Numbered from the stretch's first letter, positions 22,709-35,705 are shown. The stretch: 64,000 nt of DNA from Escherichia coli O127:H6 str. E2348/69 (GCF_000026545.1 NC_011601.1), one strand, 5' to 3'. Notes: generated from the letters alone by a model not told the origin. Translations and numbers: made by a program.

Positions 22709-22918
22709 GCCGAATGTAGGCCGGATAAGGCGTTATACGCCGCATCCGGCAATCAATGCCGGATGCGACGCTGTCGCGTCTTATCAGGCCTACAGCCGTT
22801 GCCGAATGTAGGCCGGATAAGGCGTTCACGCCGCATCCGGCAACCAGCGCCTGATGCGCCGCTGTCGCGTCTTATCAGGCCTACAAACCGTTACCGACTC
22901 GCATCCGGCAATTGTGGG
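22709..22918. repeat. REP/BIME cluster: two tandem units of about 92 bp plus a partial third
   Basis: Repeated GCCGAATGTAGGCCGGATAAGGCGTT...CGCATCCGGCAA...CTTATCAGGCCTAC palindromic units between yjcH and acs. Confidence 0.9.
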
Positions 22919-24877
22919 TTACGATGGCATCGCGATGGCCTGCTTCTCTTCAAGCAGCTTCTCGACTACGCCAGGATCGGCAAGCGTCGAGGTATCGCCC
23001 AGGTTGCTGGTATCGCCCGCCGCAATTTTGCGCAGAATACGGCGCATAATTTTGCCGGAGCGGGTTTTAGGCAGGGAGTCGGTCCAGTGCAGCACGTCTG
23101 GCGTCGCCAGCGGGCCAATCTCTTTACGCACCCAGTTGCGGACTTCTGCGTACAGTTCTGGTGACGGTTCCTCCCCGTGATTAAGCGTGACGTAGGCGTA
23201 GATCGCCTGACCTTTAATATTGTGCGGAATACCGACCACAGCGGCTTCGGCAATTTTCGGATGCGCCACCAGCGCCGACTCAATCTCTGCCGTCCCCAGG
23301 CGGTGACCGGAGACGTTCAGCACGTCGTCAACGCGCCCGGTGATCCAGTAATAGCCATCTTCATCGCGACGCGCGCCGTCGCCGCTGAAATACATATTTT
23401 TGAAGGTGGAGAAGTAGGTCTGCTCAAAACGTTCGTGATCGCCAAACAGCGTACGCGCCTGACCCGGCCAGGAGTCGGTGATCACCAGACTGCCTTCGGT
23501 GGCCCCCTCCAGCGGGTTACCTTCGTTATCGACCAGCGCTGGTTGCACGCCGAAGAACGGACGTGTTGCCGAACCGGCTTTCAGCTCGGTAGCGCCAGGC
23601 AGTGGCGTGATCATGAAACCGCCAGTTTCGGTCTGCCACCAGGTGTCGACCACCGGGCATTTCTCGTTGCCGATCTTCTTCCAGTACCACTCCCACGCTT
23701 CCGGGTTAATTGGCTCGCCCACGGAACCGAGAATGCGCAGCGACGAACGGTCGGTGCCTTCGATCGCTTTATCGCCTTCCGCCATCAGCGCGCGAATCGC
23801 CGTGGGCGCGGTATAGAGAATATTGACCTGATGCTTGTCCACCACTTGCGCCATACGGGCAGGCGTCGGCCAGTTCGGTACGCCTTCAAACATCAGCGTG
23901 GTCGCGCCGCAGGCCAGCGGGCCATACAGCAAATAACTGTGTCCGGTAACCCAGCCCACATCGGCGGTGCACCAGTAGATGTCGCCCGGATGATAATCAA
24001 AGACATATTTAAAGGTCAGCGCCGCGTACACCAGATAACCGCCGGTAGTGTGCAGCACGCCTTTTGGCTTACCGGTAGAACCGGAGGTATAGAGAATAAA
24101 CAGCGGGTCTTCGGCGTTCATCTCTTCCGCCTGGTGCTGATCGCTCGCTTGCTCAACCAGGTCGTGCCACCACAGGTCGCGCCCTTCCTGCCAGTCAATT
24201 TTCCCGCCAGTACGCTTCAGTACCACCACATGCTCTACGCTGGTGACGTTCGGGTTTTTTAGTGCGTCATCGACGTTTTTCTTCAGTGGAATGCTGCGCC
24301 CGGCACGCACACCTTCGTCGGAAGTGATCACCAACCGTGAGTTGGAATCGATAATGCGTCCGGCAACGGCTTCCGGCGAGAAGCCGCCGAAAATTACCGA
24401 ATGCACCGCGCCAATGCGGGCGCAGGCCAGCATCGCGACCGCGGCTTCCGGCACCATCGGCATATAAATCGCCACCACATCACCTTTTTTAATGCCCAGC
24501 TCGAGCAGGGTATTGGCGAAGCGGCAGACGTCGCGGTGCAGCTCTTTATAGCTGATATGTTTGCTCTGGCTGGCGTCGTCGCCTTCCCAGATGATGGCGG
24601 TACGATCGCCGTTTTCTTGCAGATGGCGGTCAAGGCAGTTTGCCGCCAGATTCAGCGTGCCGTCCTCGTACCATTTAATGGACACATTACCGGGGGCAAA
24701 GGAGGTGTTTTTCACCTTCTGGTACGGTGTGATCCAGTCGAGAATTTTTCCCTGTTCGCCCCAGAAGGTATCTGGTGCGTTAATAGATTGTTGATACATC
24801 GCCTCGTACTGCTGAGGGTTTATCAGGCAACGGTCTGCGATGTTGGCAGGAATGGTGTGTTTGTGAATTTGACTCAT
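22919..24877 (-). CDS. acs: Acetyl-CoA synthetase Acs
   Basis: 652 aa; [31 protein letters not shown]...; AMP-binding motifs. Confidence 0.97.
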   Translation of the reverse strand: MSQIHKHTIPANIADRCLINPQQYEAMYQQSINAPDTFWGEQGKILDWITPYQKVKNTSFAPGNVSIKWYEDGTLNLAANCLDRHLQENGDRTAIIWEGDDASQSKHISYKELHRDVCRFANTLLELGIKKGDVVAIYMPMVPEAAVAMLACARIGAVHSVIFGGFSPEAVAGRIIDSNSRLVITSDEGVRAGRSIPLKKNVDDALKNPNVTSVEHVVVLKRTGGKIDWQEGRDLWWHDLVEQASDQHQAEEMNAEDPLFILYTSGSTGKPKGVLHTTGGYLVYAALTFKYVFDYHPGDIYWCTADVGWVTGHSYLLYGPLACGATTLMFEGVPNWPTPARMAQVVDKHQVNILYTAPTAIRALMAEGDKAIEGTDRSSLRILGSVGEPINPEAWEWYWKKIGNEKCPVVDTWWQTETGGFMITPLPGATELKAGSATRPFFGVQPALVDNEGNPLEGATEGSLVITDSWPGQARTLFGDHERFEQTYFSTFKNMYFSGDGARRDEDGYYWITGRVDDVLNVSGHRLGTAEIESALVAHPKIAEAAVVGIPHNIKGQAIYAYVTLNHGEEPSPELYAEVRNWVRKEIGPLATPDVLHWTDSLPKTRSGKIMRRILRKIAAGDTSNLGDTSTLADPGVVEKLLEEKQAIAMPS

Positions 24878-25128
24878 GCTTTTGTTCTCCTTGTAGGATG
24901 TTAATAATATGTGGCATAAGCGTTAAATGTAGGGGTATTGGCAGTTTTGTTTAGTATTTGGGCGACAGATCACGCAAAAGTAGAATTGTGCAAATAAACG
25001 GCAGGGTAATTTTTGAAGGTCAGCAACAAAAGTTGATTAATTCTTTGAAGAACATGCAGTTATGCATGCTGTTGAAAAAGAGGAAGATACTGACTAACTC
25101 TAAAGTGGTATTTTACATGCACTTACAA

Positions 25129-25143
25129 TTGATTAAAGACAAC
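25129..25143. promoter_or_regulatory. FNR-like half-palindrome TTGATTAAAGACAAC in the nrfA promoter region
   Basis: Partial match to TTGAT-N4-ATCAA about 125 bp upstream of the nrfA start; exact boundaries uncertain. Confidence 0.3.
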
Positions 25144-25262
25144 ATTCACAGTGTGGTTATTTGTTACACATAGGGGCGAGCAATGTCATGACAGTGTAGG
25201 TGCGGTTACTGTCGTGAAAAACAATAAAAACCGCCATTGCAACAATGGCGCAATTCGGATGA

Positions 25263-26705
<1,443 letters not shown>

Positions 26706-26749
26706 CCCCGTTCCGCCTCGCAAGGGGCGGAAAACACAATGGAGTGAAT

Positions 26750-27316
26750 ATGAGCGTATTACGTTCGTTATTAACTGCCGGGGTGCTGGCGTCGGGCCTG
26801 TTGTGGAGCCTGAACGGAATTACCGCTACCCCTGCGGCGCAGGCATCTGATGATCGCTACGAAGTTACCCAGCAGCGTAACCCGGATGCCGCCTGTCTGG
26901 ACTGTCATAAGCCAGATACCGAAGGTATGCATGGCAAACATGCTTCTGTTATCAACCCGAATAACAAACTGCCGGTCACCTGCACCAACTGCCACGGTCA
27001 GCCATCACCGCAACACCGCGAAGGGGTGAAAGATGTGATGCGCTTTAACGAGCCGATGTACAAGGTTGGAGAGCAGAACAGCGTCTGTATGTCCTGCCAT
27101 CTGCCGGAACAGTTGCAAAAAGCGTTCTGGCCGCACGATGTCCACGTAACCAAAGTGGCGTGCGCCAGCTGCCATTCCCTGCATCCACAGCAAGATACGA
27201 TGCAGACGTTAAGTGACAAAGGACGGATTAAGATTTGCGTCGATTGCCACAGCGATCAGCGCACCAATCCGAACTTTAACCCGGCGTCTGTTCCGTTGCT
27301 TAAGGAGCAGCCATGA
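26750..27316 (+). CDS. nrfB: Pentahaem cytochrome c NrfB
   Basis: 188 aa from ATG 26750; five CxxCH motifs. Confidence 0.95.
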
Positions 27317-27984
27317 CCTGGTCTCGTCGCCAGTTTCTCACCGGCGTCGGCGTGCTGGCAGCCGTCAGCGGCACCGCAGGACGCGTGGTGGCGAAAACGT
27401 TGAATATCAATGGGGTGCGTTACGGCATGGTGCATGACGAGTCGTTATGCATCGGCTGTACCGCCTGTATGGATGCTTGTCGGGAAGTGAACAAGGTGCC
27501 GGAAGGCGTCTCGCGCCTGACGATTATTCGTAGCGAGCCGCAGGGCGAATTTCCTGATGTGAAATATCGCTTCTTCCGTAAGTCTTGCCAGCACTGCGAT
27601 CATGCGCCCTGCGTTGACGTCTGCCCGACCGGTGCGTCTTTTCGCGACGCTGCCAGTGGGATTGTCGATGTTAATCCGGATCTCTGCGTCGGTTGTCAGT
27701 ACTGCATCGCCGCCTGTCCGTACCGCGTGCGCTTTATCCATCCGGTCACGAAGACGGCGGACAAATGCGATTTCTGCCGTAAGACCCATTTGCAGGCCGG
27801 TAAGCTGCCCGCGTGCGTCGAGGCTTGCCCGACGAAGGCGCTGACGTTTGGCAATCTGGACGATCCCAGCAGTGAGATTTCGCAACTGCTGCGCCAGAAG
27901 CCCACTTACCGCTACAAGCTGGCGCTGGGAACCAAACCGAAGCTGTACCGCGTACCGTTTAAATACGGGGAGGTGAGCCAATGA
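27313..27984 (+). CDS. nrfC: 4Fe-4S ferredoxin-type subunit NrfC
   Basis: 223 aa; Tat-like RRQFL signal; multiple CxxCxxCxxxCP motifs; 4-nt overlap with nrfB. Confidence 0.95.
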
Positions 27985-28937
27985 CGCAGACTTCCGCATT
28001 TCATTTTGAATCGCTGGTGTGGGACTGGCCGATTGCCATCTACCTGTTTTTGATTGGTATTTCTGCCGGTCTGGTGACGCTGGCCGTGCTGTTACGTCGT
28101 GTCTACCCGCAGGCGGGCGGTGCAGACAGTACGTTGTTGCGCACCACGCTGATTGTCGGGCCTGGCGCGGTGATCCTCGGTCTGTTGATCCTCGTCTTCC
28201 ACCTGACAAGACCGTGGACCTTCTGGAAGCTGATGTTCCACTACAGTTTTACCTCGGTGATGTCGATGGGGGTGATGCTGTTTCAGCTTTACATGGTGGT
28301 GCTGGTGCTGTGGCTGGCGAAAATCTTTGAACATGATTTGCTTGCCCTGCAACAACGCTGGTTGCCGAAGCTGGGGATCGTGCAAAAGGTCTTGAGCCTG
28401 CTGACGCCCGTTCATCGCGGACTGGAAACATTGATGCTGGTGCTGGCGGTGTTGCTGGGGGCTTATACCGGCTTTCTGCTGTCGGCGCTGAAATCGTATC
28501 CGTTCCTCAATAACCCGATCCTGCCGGTGCTGTTCCTCTTCTCCGGCATCTCGTCTGGTGCGGCGGTGGCGCTGATCGCCATGGCGATACGCCAACGCAG
28601 TAACCCGCATTCCACGGAAGCGCACTTTGTACACCGTATGGAAATCCCCGTGGTATGGGGTGAAATCTTCTTGCTGGTGGCGTTTTTTGTCGGTCTGGCG
28701 CTGGGCGATGACGGTAAAGTGCGTGCGCTGGTGGCGGCATTGGGCGGCGGTTTCTGGACGTGGTGGTTCTGGCTTGGTGTCGCCGGGCTGGGGCTGATTG
28801 TGCCAATGTTGCTCAAACCGTGGGTCAATCGCAGTTCCGGCATTCCTGCCGTGCTGGCTGCGTGTGGGGCCAGCCTGGTCGGCGTGTTGATGCTGCGCTT
28901 TTTCATTCTCTACGCCGGGCAGTTAACGGTGGCGTAA
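27981..28937 (+). CDS. nrfD: Membrane quinol dehydrogenase subunit NrfD
   Basis: 318 aa polytopic membrane protein; 4-nt overlap with nrfC. Confidence 0.95.
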   Translation: MTQTSAFHFESLVWDWPIAIYLFLIGISAGLVTLAVLLRRVYPQAGGADSTLLRTTLIVGPGAVILGLLILVFHLTRPWTFWKLMFHYSFTSVMSMGVMLFQLYMVVLVLWLAKIFEHDLLALQQRWLPKLGIVQKVLSLLTPVHRGLETLMLVLAVLLGAYTGFLLSALKSYPFLNNPILPVLFLFSGISSGAAVALIAMAIRQRSNPHSTEAHFVHRMEIPVVWGEIFLLVAFFVGLALGDDGKVRALVAALGGGFWTWWFWLGVAGLGLIVPMLLKPWVNRSSGIPAVLAACGASLVGVLMLRFFILYAGQLTVA

Positions 28938-29016
28938 GCCAGAACAGAGGTGGTTTCTGGACGTATTCCTTCCTGAAGTCGGTTTTCTGGCGTTGTTGTT
29001 AAGTCTCGGGGTCAAC

Positions 29017-30675
29017 GTGTTGACCCCGTTGACGGCCTTCGCGGGAGTGCGGTTGCGCTGGCCTGCCATGATGCGACTCACTTGCATCGGCATTCTGGCG
29101 CAGTTCGCGCTCCTGCTGCTCGCCTTTGGCGTACTGACGTATTGTTTTCTCATCAGCGATTTCTCGGTCATTTATGTCGCCCAACATAGCTATAGCCTGC
29201 TGTCGTGGGAACTCAAACTGGCGGCGGTGTGGGGCGGTCATGAAGGTTCGCTGCTGCTTTGGGTGCTGCTGCTTTCCGCCTGGAGCGCGCTGTTTGCCTG
29301 GCATTATCGACAGCAAACCGATCCGCTATTTCCGCTGACGCTAGCCGTTTTATCTCTCATGCTCGCCGCACTGCTACTGTTTGTGGTGCTGTGGTCCGAT
29401 CCCTTCGTACGGATATTTCCGCCAGCAATCGAAGGCCGCGATCTCAATCCGATGCTGCAACATCCCGGTCTTATCTTTCATCCACCGCTGCTTTATCTCG
29501 GCTACGGCGGTTTGATGGTGGCGGCGAGCGTGGCGCTGGCGAGTTTACTGCGCGGCGAGTTTGATGGTACCTGCGCCCGAATTTGCTGGCGTTGGGCACT
29601 ACCTGGCTGGAGCGCATTAACAGCGGGGATCATCCTCGGTTCCTGGTGGGCCTATTGCGAACTGGGCTGGGGCGGCTGGTGGTTCTGGGATCCGGTGGAA
29701 AACGCCTCTTTACTACCCTGGCTTTCTGCCACAGCGCTGCTGCACAGTTTATCCCTGACACGCCAGCGGGGGATTTTCCGCCACTGGTCGCTGTTGCTGG
29801 CGATAGTTACTCTGATGCTGTCGCTGCTGGGCACGTTGATTGTCCGTTCTGGCATTCTGGTTTCGGTTCATGCGTTCGCGCTGGATAACGTCCGCGCCGT
29901 GCCGTTGTTCGGCCTGTTTGCACTGATTAGCCTTGCGTCTCTGGCTCTGTATGGCTGGCGAGCGCGGGACGGTGGCCCGGCGGTGCGTTTTTCGGGGTTA
30001 TCGCGGGAAATGTTAATCCTCGCTACGCTGTTGCTGTTTTGCACAGTGCTACTGATCGTGCTGGTGGGAACGCTTTATCCGATGATTTACGGCCTGCTGG
30101 GCTGGGGACGCCTCTCCGTTGGCGCACCGTATTTTAACCGCGCGACGTTACCGTTTGGTATGTTGATGCTGGTGGTGATTGTGCTGGCGACGTTTGTCTC
30201 TGGCAAACGCGCGCAGCTTCCGGCGCTGCTGGCGCATGCGGGCGTGCTGTTATTTGCCGCGGGGATCGTGGTTTCCAGCGTCAGCCGTCAGGAGATCAGC
30301 CTGAATTTACAGCCGGGTCAGCAGGTGATGCTGGCAGGATACACCTTCCGTTTTGGGCGCCTCGATCTGCAAGCCAAAGGCAATTACACCAGCGAAAAAG
30401 CGATAGTGGCGCTGTTTGACCATCAGCAACGCATTGGTGAATTAACGCCGGAGCGGCGTTTTTACGAAGCACGTCGTCAGCAAATGATGGAACCGTCAAT
30501 TCGCTGGAATGGCATCCATGACTGGTATGCGGTCATGGGCGAGAAAACCGGAGCGGATCGTTACGCTTTTCGTTTGTATGTACAAAGCGGTGTGCGCTGG
30601 ATCTGGGGGGGAGGATTGTTGATGATTTCGGGCGCATTGTTAAGCGGATGGCGGGGAAGGAAGCGCGATGAATAA
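29017..30675 (+). CDS. nrfE: Haem lyase NrfE (CcmF-like)
   Basis: About 552 aa from GTG 29017; the track ORF begins at a TTG at 28993, start uncertain; WGGWWFWDPVEN haem-handling motif. Confidence 0.9.
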   Translation: MLTPLTAFAGVRLRWPAMMRLTCIGILAQFALLLLAFGVLTYCFLISDFSVIYVAQHSYSLLSWELKLAAVWGGHEGSLLLWVLLLSAWSALFAWHYRQQTDPLFPLTLAVLSLMLAALLLFVVLWSDPFVRIFPPAIEGRDLNPMLQHPGLIFHPPLLYLGYGGLMVAASVALASLLRGEFDGTCARICWRWALPGWSALTAGIILGSWWAYCELGWGGWWFWDPVENASLLPWLSATALLHSLSLTRQRGIFRHWSLLLAIVTLMLSLLGTLIVRSGILVSVHAFALDNVRAVPLFGLFALISLASLALYGWRARDGGPAVRFSGLSREMLILATLLLFCTVLLIVLVGTLYPMIYGLLGWGRLSVGAPYFNRATLPFGMLMLVVIVLATFVSGKRAQLPALLAHAGVLLFAAGIVVSSVSRQEISLNLQPGQQVMLAGYTFRFGRLDLQAKGNYTSEKAIVALFDHQQRIGELTPERRFYEARRQQMMEPSIRWNGIHDWYAVMGEKTGADRYAFRLYVQSGVRWIWGGGLLMISGALLSGWRGRKRDE

Positions 30676-31051
30676 AGGGCTTCTCACGCTACTGCTGTTA
30701 TTTACCTGTTTTGCGCGCGCTCAGGTTGTAGACACCTGGCAATTCGCCAATCCGCAACAACAGGAACAGGCGTTAAATATTGCCAGCCAGTTACGTTGTC
30801 CGCAGTGCCAGAATCAGAACTTACTGGAATCCAATGCGCCGGTGGCAGTCAGTATGCGCCATCAGGTTTACACCATGGTGGAAGAGGGGAAAAGTGAAGT
30901 CGAAATCATTGACTGGATGACCGAACGCTACGGAGATTTTGTTCGCTATAACCCACCGTTAACGGGTCAGACGCTGGTGTTGTGGGCGCTGCCAGTAGTG
31001 TTGTTACTGCTGATGGCACTGATCCTCTGGCGAGTGAGGGCGAAGCGATGA
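30668..31051 (+). CDS. nrfF: NrfF (CcmH-like thiol-disulfide protein)
   Basis: 127 aa; signal peptide; LRCPQC motif; overlaps nrfE end. Confidence 0.95.
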   Translation: MNKGLLTLLLLFTCFARAQVVDTWQFANPQQQEQALNIASQLRCPQCQNQNLLESNAPVAVSMRHQVYTMVEEGKSEVEIIDWMTERYGDFVRYNPPLTGQTLVLWALPVVLLLLMALILWRVRAKR

Positions 31052-31644
31052 AACAGCCCAAAATACCGGTGAAAATGCTGACAACACTCACGATTTTGAT
31101 GGTATTTCTCTGTGTCGGCAGTTATCTGTTAAGTCCAAAATGGCAGGCGGTACGTGCGGAGTATCAGCGTCAGCGCGATCCGCTGCATCAGTTTGCCAGC
31201 CAGCAAACCCCGGAAGCGCAGCTTCAGGCATTGCAGGATAAAATCCGTGCTAATCCACAAAACAGCGAACAGTGGGCGTTACTGGGCGAGTATTATCTGT
31301 GGCAAAACGATTACAGCAATTCGCTGCTGGCGTACCGTCAGGCGTTGCAACTACGTGGTGAGAACGCTGAACTGTATGCGGCGCTGGCGACGGTGCTTTA
31401 TTACCAGGCCAGCCAACATATGACCGTCCAGACTCGCGCAATGATCGACAAAGCCCTCGCGCTGGACTCTAACGAAATCACCGCTCTGATGCTGCTGGCT
31501 TCCGATGCGTTTATGCAGGCGAATTACGCGCAAGCCATCGAACTATGGCAAAAAGTGATGGATCTCAACTCACCCCGGATCAACCGGACACAGCTGGTCG
31601 AGTCGATTAATATGGCGAAATTGTTGCAGCGGAGATCAGATTAA
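31048..31644 (+). CDS. nrfG: NrfG (TPR-repeat haem lyase accessory protein)
   Basis: 198 aa from ATG 31048 (ATGA overlap with the nrfF stop); track start 30982 rejected. Confidence 0.9.
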   Translation: MKQPKIPVKMLTTLTILMVFLCVGSYLLSPKWQAVRAEYQRQRDPLHQFASQQTPEAQLQALQDKIRANPQNSEQWALLGEYYLWQNDYSNSLLAYRQALQLRGENAELYAALATVLYYQASQHMTVQTRAMIDKALALDSNEITALMLLASDAFMQANYAQAIELWQKVMDLNSPRINRTQLVESINMAKLLQRRSD

Positions 31645-31986
31645 TCATCTGGTGATGAAGATTATGTTATTGAGCTGAATAAAAAATAATCGAACGAACA
31701 TATAATTAAAAATAATCACTAATCAGTATTATTGCAGATTAAATAAATAAAAATCCTTCTATAACAAATGGTTATTCATTAATCCTGCCATAAACTCGCG
31801 TTATTATGCATTAATGCAGCGAAAAGCTCTGTTGTTAAAGGGTTGCGCAACATACCGCGCAAATGATACTGATCATAAGCGTTAAAAAAATCTACAAACC
31901 AACGCAACACAATTCATGCCCTGGCAGTATGTCACGTTCTCGCGTTTCTGAACGGGGAACGGCGCTCCATTGAGGAAGTTATTCTG

Positions 31987-33300
31987 ATGAAAAATATAAA
32001 ATTCAGCCTGGCCTGGCAGATTCTGTTTGCTATGGTGCTGGGCATTCTCCTGGGAAGCTACCTGCACTACCATAGCGACAGCCGCGACTGGCTGGTCGTC
32101 AATTTGCTCTCTCCGGCGGGTGATATCTTCATCCATCTGATCAAAATGATTGTTGTGCCGATTGTGATCTCCACGCTGGTGGTGGGTATCGCGGGTGTTG
32201 GTGATGCCAAACAGCTCGGGCGTATTGGTGCGAAAACCATTATCTACTTCGAGGTGATCACCACCGTCGCCATCATTTTGGGGATCACTCTGGCGAACGT
32301 CTTCCAGCCTGGTGCCGGGGTGGATATGTCGCAGCTGGCGACCGTCGATATCTCGAAATATCAGAGCACTACGGAAGCGGTACAAAGCAGTTCCCACGGC
32401 ATTATGGGCACGATTTTGTCGCTGGTGCCGACGAACATCGTGGCGTCGATGGCGAAAGGCGAAATGCTGCCGATCATCTTCTTCTCGGTGCTGTTTGGTC
32501 TGGGGCTTTCATCCCTGCCCGCGACGCATCGTGAACCGCTGGTGACCGTTTTCCGCTCCATCTCTGAAACCATGTTTAAAGTGACTCACATGGTGATGCG
32601 TTATGCGCCGGTGGGTGTGTTTGCGCTGATTGCGGTGACGGTGGCTAACTTTGGTTTCTCTTCTCTGTGGCCACTGGCGAAACTGGTGCTGTTGGTGCAT
32701 TTCGCCATTCTGTTCTTCGCGCTGGTAGTGCTGGGAATTGTGGCGCGCCTGTGCGGGTTAAGTGTCTGGATCCTGATTCGTATTCTGAAAGATGAGCTGA
32801 TTCTGGCGTACTCCACTGCCAGCTCTGAAAGCGTGCTGCCGCGAATTATTGAGAAGATGGAAGCCTACGGAGCACCGGCGTCGATCACCAGTTTCGTGGT
32901 GCCGACCGGTTACTCTTTTAACCTTGATGGTTCGACGCTGTATCAAAGTATTGCCGCTATTTTCATCGCGCAGTTGTATGGCATTGACCTGTCCATCTGG
33001 CAGGAAATCATTCTGGTGCTGACGCTGATGGTGACCTCGAAAGGGATTGCTGGCGTGCCGGGCGTGTCGTTTGTGGTGTTGCTGGCAACGCTGGGCAGCG
33101 TAGGGATCCCGCTGGAAGGTCTGGCGTTTATTGCCGGTGTTGACCGTATCCTCGACATGGCGCGTACTGCGCTGAACGTGGTGGGTAATGCGCTGGCGGT
33201 GCTGGTGATTGCCAAGTGGGAACACAAATTTGACCGTAAGAAAGCGCTGGCTTATGAGCGTGAAGTGCTGGGCAAATTTGATAAAACTGCGGATCAGTAA
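31987..33300 (+). CDS. gltP: Glutamate/aspartate:proton symporter GltP
   Basis: 437 aa; MKNIKFSLAWQILFAMVLGILLGSYLHYH...; preceded by an AT-rich promoter region. Confidence 0.97.
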   Translation: MKNIKFSLAWQILFAMVLGILLGSYLHYHSDSRDWLVVNLLSPAGDIFIHLIKMIVVPIVISTLVVGIAGVGDAKQLGRIGAKTIIYFEVITTVAIILGITLANVFQPGAGVDMSQLATVDISKYQSTTEAVQSSSHGIMGTILSLVPTNIVASMAKGEMLPIIFFSVLFGLGLSSLPATHREPLVTVFRSISETMFKVTHMVMRYAPVGVFALIAVTVANFGFSSLWPLAKLVLLVHFAILFFALVVLGIVARLCGLSVWILIRILKDELILAYSTASSESVLPRIIEKMEAYGAPASITSFVVPTGYSFNLDGSTLYQSIAAIFIAQLYGIDLSIWQEIILVLTLMVTSKGIAGVPGVSFVVLLATLGSVGIPLEGLAFIAGVDRILDMARTALNVVGNALAVLVIAKWEHKFDRKKALAYEREVLGKFDKTADQ

Positions 33301-33309
33301 CTGAAGATT

Positions 33310-33377
33310 GCCGGGGTTATCCCCCGGCAATGTGTTGATGCCTGATGCGACGCTTGCCGCGTTTTATCAGGCCTACC
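33310..33377. repeat. gltP terminator hairpin followed by a REP element
   Basis: Hairpin GCCGGGGTTATCCCCCGGC, then GCCTGATGCGACGCTTGCCGCGTTTTATCAGGCCTAC. Confidence 0.8.
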
Positions 33378-34067
33378 TTAACCGTTAGTTAATTTTTCAA
33401 ACTCTTCACACCCGGTATCAAACCCTTCCATACAGCTCAGATTCAACCAGTGCAGCGCCTTTTGTTTGTTCTTCTCGATAAAACCCTCTTCACCGTTTAA
33501 GAACATCATTCCCGCCCAGTATTCGGAATAACCGGTTCGGGAAATCGCGGAGCTACGTTTGAAATACCAGGTTGCTTTGTCATCGTCGGCCTTAATGCCC
33601 ACGCCGTTGGCGTAAATCAAACCAAGCAGCATTTGGGCATCGACGGCAGAGTCGTTCTCCAGATCTTCCGAGGCGTTTTCTAACAGCGAAATCGCCTTTG
33701 GATAATCCGGTTTACCCGCTTGCGTATTTACCAGAATATGCGCCAGCGTTACTTCACCTTCTTTACTGCCCGCTTGCGCTGCTTTCTCGGCAAGCACTTT
33801 TGCTTGTGGATAGTCCAGACTGACCGGATTGGTGATTTTGATCTGCGCCAACAGCGCGCAGGCATCGGCATCACCGCTGTCGGCGGCTTTCTGTGCCCAA
33901 TATTCGGCTTTGCTCAAATCGCCGGAGCTAAACCAGCTGTCGGCAAGAAAATATTGTGCGCGTCGGTCTCCGGCCTCTGCTGCCTTTAAATACTGGCTGC
34001 CAGGCTCGGAGTCGTTCGCGTGGGCAAAGAATGTCAAAAATAACATCAAAGTGATAATTTTTTTCAT
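33378..34067 (-). CDS. yjcO: Sel1-repeat (TPR-like) secreted protein YjcO
   Basis: 229 aa from MKKIITLMLFLTFFAHA signal peptide; repeated Sel1-type motifs. Confidence 0.85.
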   Translation of the reverse strand: MKKIITLMLFLTFFAHANDSEPGSQYLKAAEAGDRRAQYFLADSWFSSGDLSKAEYWAQKAADSGDADACALLAQIKITNPVSLDYPQAKVLAEKAAQAGSKEGEVTLAHILVNTQAGKPDYPKAISLLENASEDLENDSAVDAQMLLGLIYANGVGIKADDDKATWYFKRSSAISRTGYSEYWAGMMFLNGEEGFIEKNKQKALHWLNLSCMEGFDTGCEEFEKLTNG

Positions 34068-34177
34068 TTTGATAATGAAGTTTGGTAGGGGAGAGACAGT
34101 ATAAAGTGTTCGGGTGGACAAAAAAACAACTGTAAAAAGACCTGAAAGCAGAATGAATTAATGCAATGTCAGGTTTT

Positions 34178-34882
34178 TTAATCCATCCGATGTTCCCCCT
34201 TTTCCATGGCGTCGCGATCAAAAAATCGCTGAATTTTTCCCTCGGACATCAATGCCGCTCGATCAGACATATGCGCGATGACATCGGCATCGTGACTGAC
34301 CAGCAGATATGTCATTTGGTGTTCCAGCTTAAGTTGATTCAACAAATTAAGGATTTCCGCTTGTACCGACATATCCAACGCCGAGGTGGGTTCATCCAGC
34401 AGAAGAAGTTGTGGTCGTAACAACAGGGCGCGAGCAATAACCACACGTTGCCGTTGACCACCGGAAAGCTGGTGTGGGTAGCGACGAGCGGCGTCGAAAG
34501 GCAAGCCAACCTGTTCCAGTGCAGTCTGGACGCGTTTTTCTATTTCTCTTTCGCCACGAATTTTGAGTGGTTCAGCCAGCGTTCGCCACAGAGTATGATT
34601 GGGATGCAACGAGGCATAGGGATCCTGAAACACCATTTGCACATTGCGGCGGAGATCGCCCTGAAAACGCATTCCTGGTTTGATGGTGTGCCCAAACAGT
34701 GACACCTGACCGTGCCAGTCGCGCTGTAATCCAGCAATTACGCGCAAAATCGTGGATTTTCCGCAGCCTGATTCGCCAATTAAACTAAATGTCTCTCCGG
34801 CATTAACCGAAAAACTGGCGGCAGAAACTGCGGTTTTCTCAGCAAAAGTCACCTGTAAGTGATTAATTTCAACAATCGTCAT
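34178..34882 (-). CDS. ABC transporter ATP-binding protein (DppF/OppF-like), accessory operon
   Basis: 234 aa; Walker A GESGCGKST, signature LSGGQRQR, Walker B LLLLDEPTSALD. Confidence 0.85.
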   Translation of the reverse strand: MTIVEINHLQVTFAEKTAVSAASFSVNAGETFSLIGESGCGKSTILRVIAGLQRDWHGQVSLFGHTIKPGMRFQGDLRRNVQMVFQDPYASLHPNHTLWRTLAEPLKIRGEREIEKRVQTALEQVGLPFDAARRYPHQLSGGQRQRVVIARALLLRPQLLLLDEPTSALDMSVQAEILNLLNQLKLEHQMTYLLVSHDADVIAHMSDRAALMSEGKIQRFFDRDAMEKGEHRMD

Positions 34883-35705
34883 GGTATTTCTCCGGCGTCA
34901 TTGCCGTCCTGTCCAGCGTCGGCAGCATCTGCCCGTAAGTTTGTGCATTTGGGCGGCAAGTCCACAGTGTGCGCGTGTAAGGATGCGTTGCTGTAGGTAG
35001 CGCAGCAGCGTGCATTTCATCCACCTTATTTCCCTGATACATCACCAGCACCCGATGGCAAAATTGGGCAACTAATGGCAGGTCGTGACTGATCAGCAAC
35101 ATTGCCATCTGACGTTGTTCACACTGGGTAACCAGCAGTTCCAGAATCTGATTACGCAGGCGCACATCCAGTGCTGATGTTGGCTCATCGGCAATCAATA
35201 CCCGGGGATCGTTGATGAGCGCAATTGCAATCATCACTCGCTGCCCCATGCCGCCAGAAAGTTCACGAGGATAGCTTTGCAGTACTCGCGTATTGAGGCC
35301 GACAGCCTGAATTGCGGTGTTTATTTTCTCTTCTTTCTCGCGGCGGTTCAGACGTTGATGGAGCGTAAGCGCCTCTTCCAGTTGCGCTTTTACTGTCTTT
35401 ACTGGATTAAGCGCGTAACGCGGATCTTGCAATACCATCGCGATATCGTTACCGCGCAACTGTTGCCATCCACGCGCGTTAAGGGTGAGTGCATCACGCC
35501 CCAGAATGTTAAGTGTGTCCGCGGTTACTACACCCGGTTTACGCACCAGCCCCATCAGGGCGCGGGCGGTCATGGACTTACCTGAACCCGACTCACCGAC
35601 CAGCGCCAGACGTTCATTGCCTAATGTAAAACTGACATTGTTGACGACCCGGGACTCCGGATAATCGACGCAGAGATTGTTGATACTAAGACGTGAGTCA
35701 GTCAT
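34869..35705 (-). CDS. ABC transporter ATP-binding protein (DppD/OppD-like), accessory operon
   Basis: About 278 aa from ATG 35705 (MTDSRLSINNL); Walker A GESGSGKS, signature LSGGMGQR; track start 35765 would overlap the upstream permease. Confidence 0.8.
   Translation of the reverse strand: MTDSRLSINNLCVDYPESRVVNNVSFTLGNERLALVGESGSGKSMTARALMGLVRKPGVVTADTLNILGRDALTLNARGWQQLRGNDIAMVLQDPRYALNPVKTVKAQLEEALTLHQRLNRREKEEKINTAIQAVGLNTRVLQSYPRELSGGMGQRVMIAIALINDPRVLIADEPTSALDVRLRNQILELLVTQCEQRQMAMLLISHDLPLVAQFCHRVLVMYQGNKVDEMHAAALPTATHPYTRTLWTCRPNAQTYGQMLPTLDRTAMTPEKYHDDC

Noticed and set aside
23177-24262. 361-aa plus-strand ORF
   Set aside because: Entirely antisense to acs, a strongly supported gene; Arg/Gly-rich composition typical of spurious ORFs on the opposite strand of GC-rich genes
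28993-29016. Track start of nrfE
   Set aside because: The first codon at 28993 is TTG; GTG at 29017 gives the expected roughly 552-aa protein, though the true start remains uncertain
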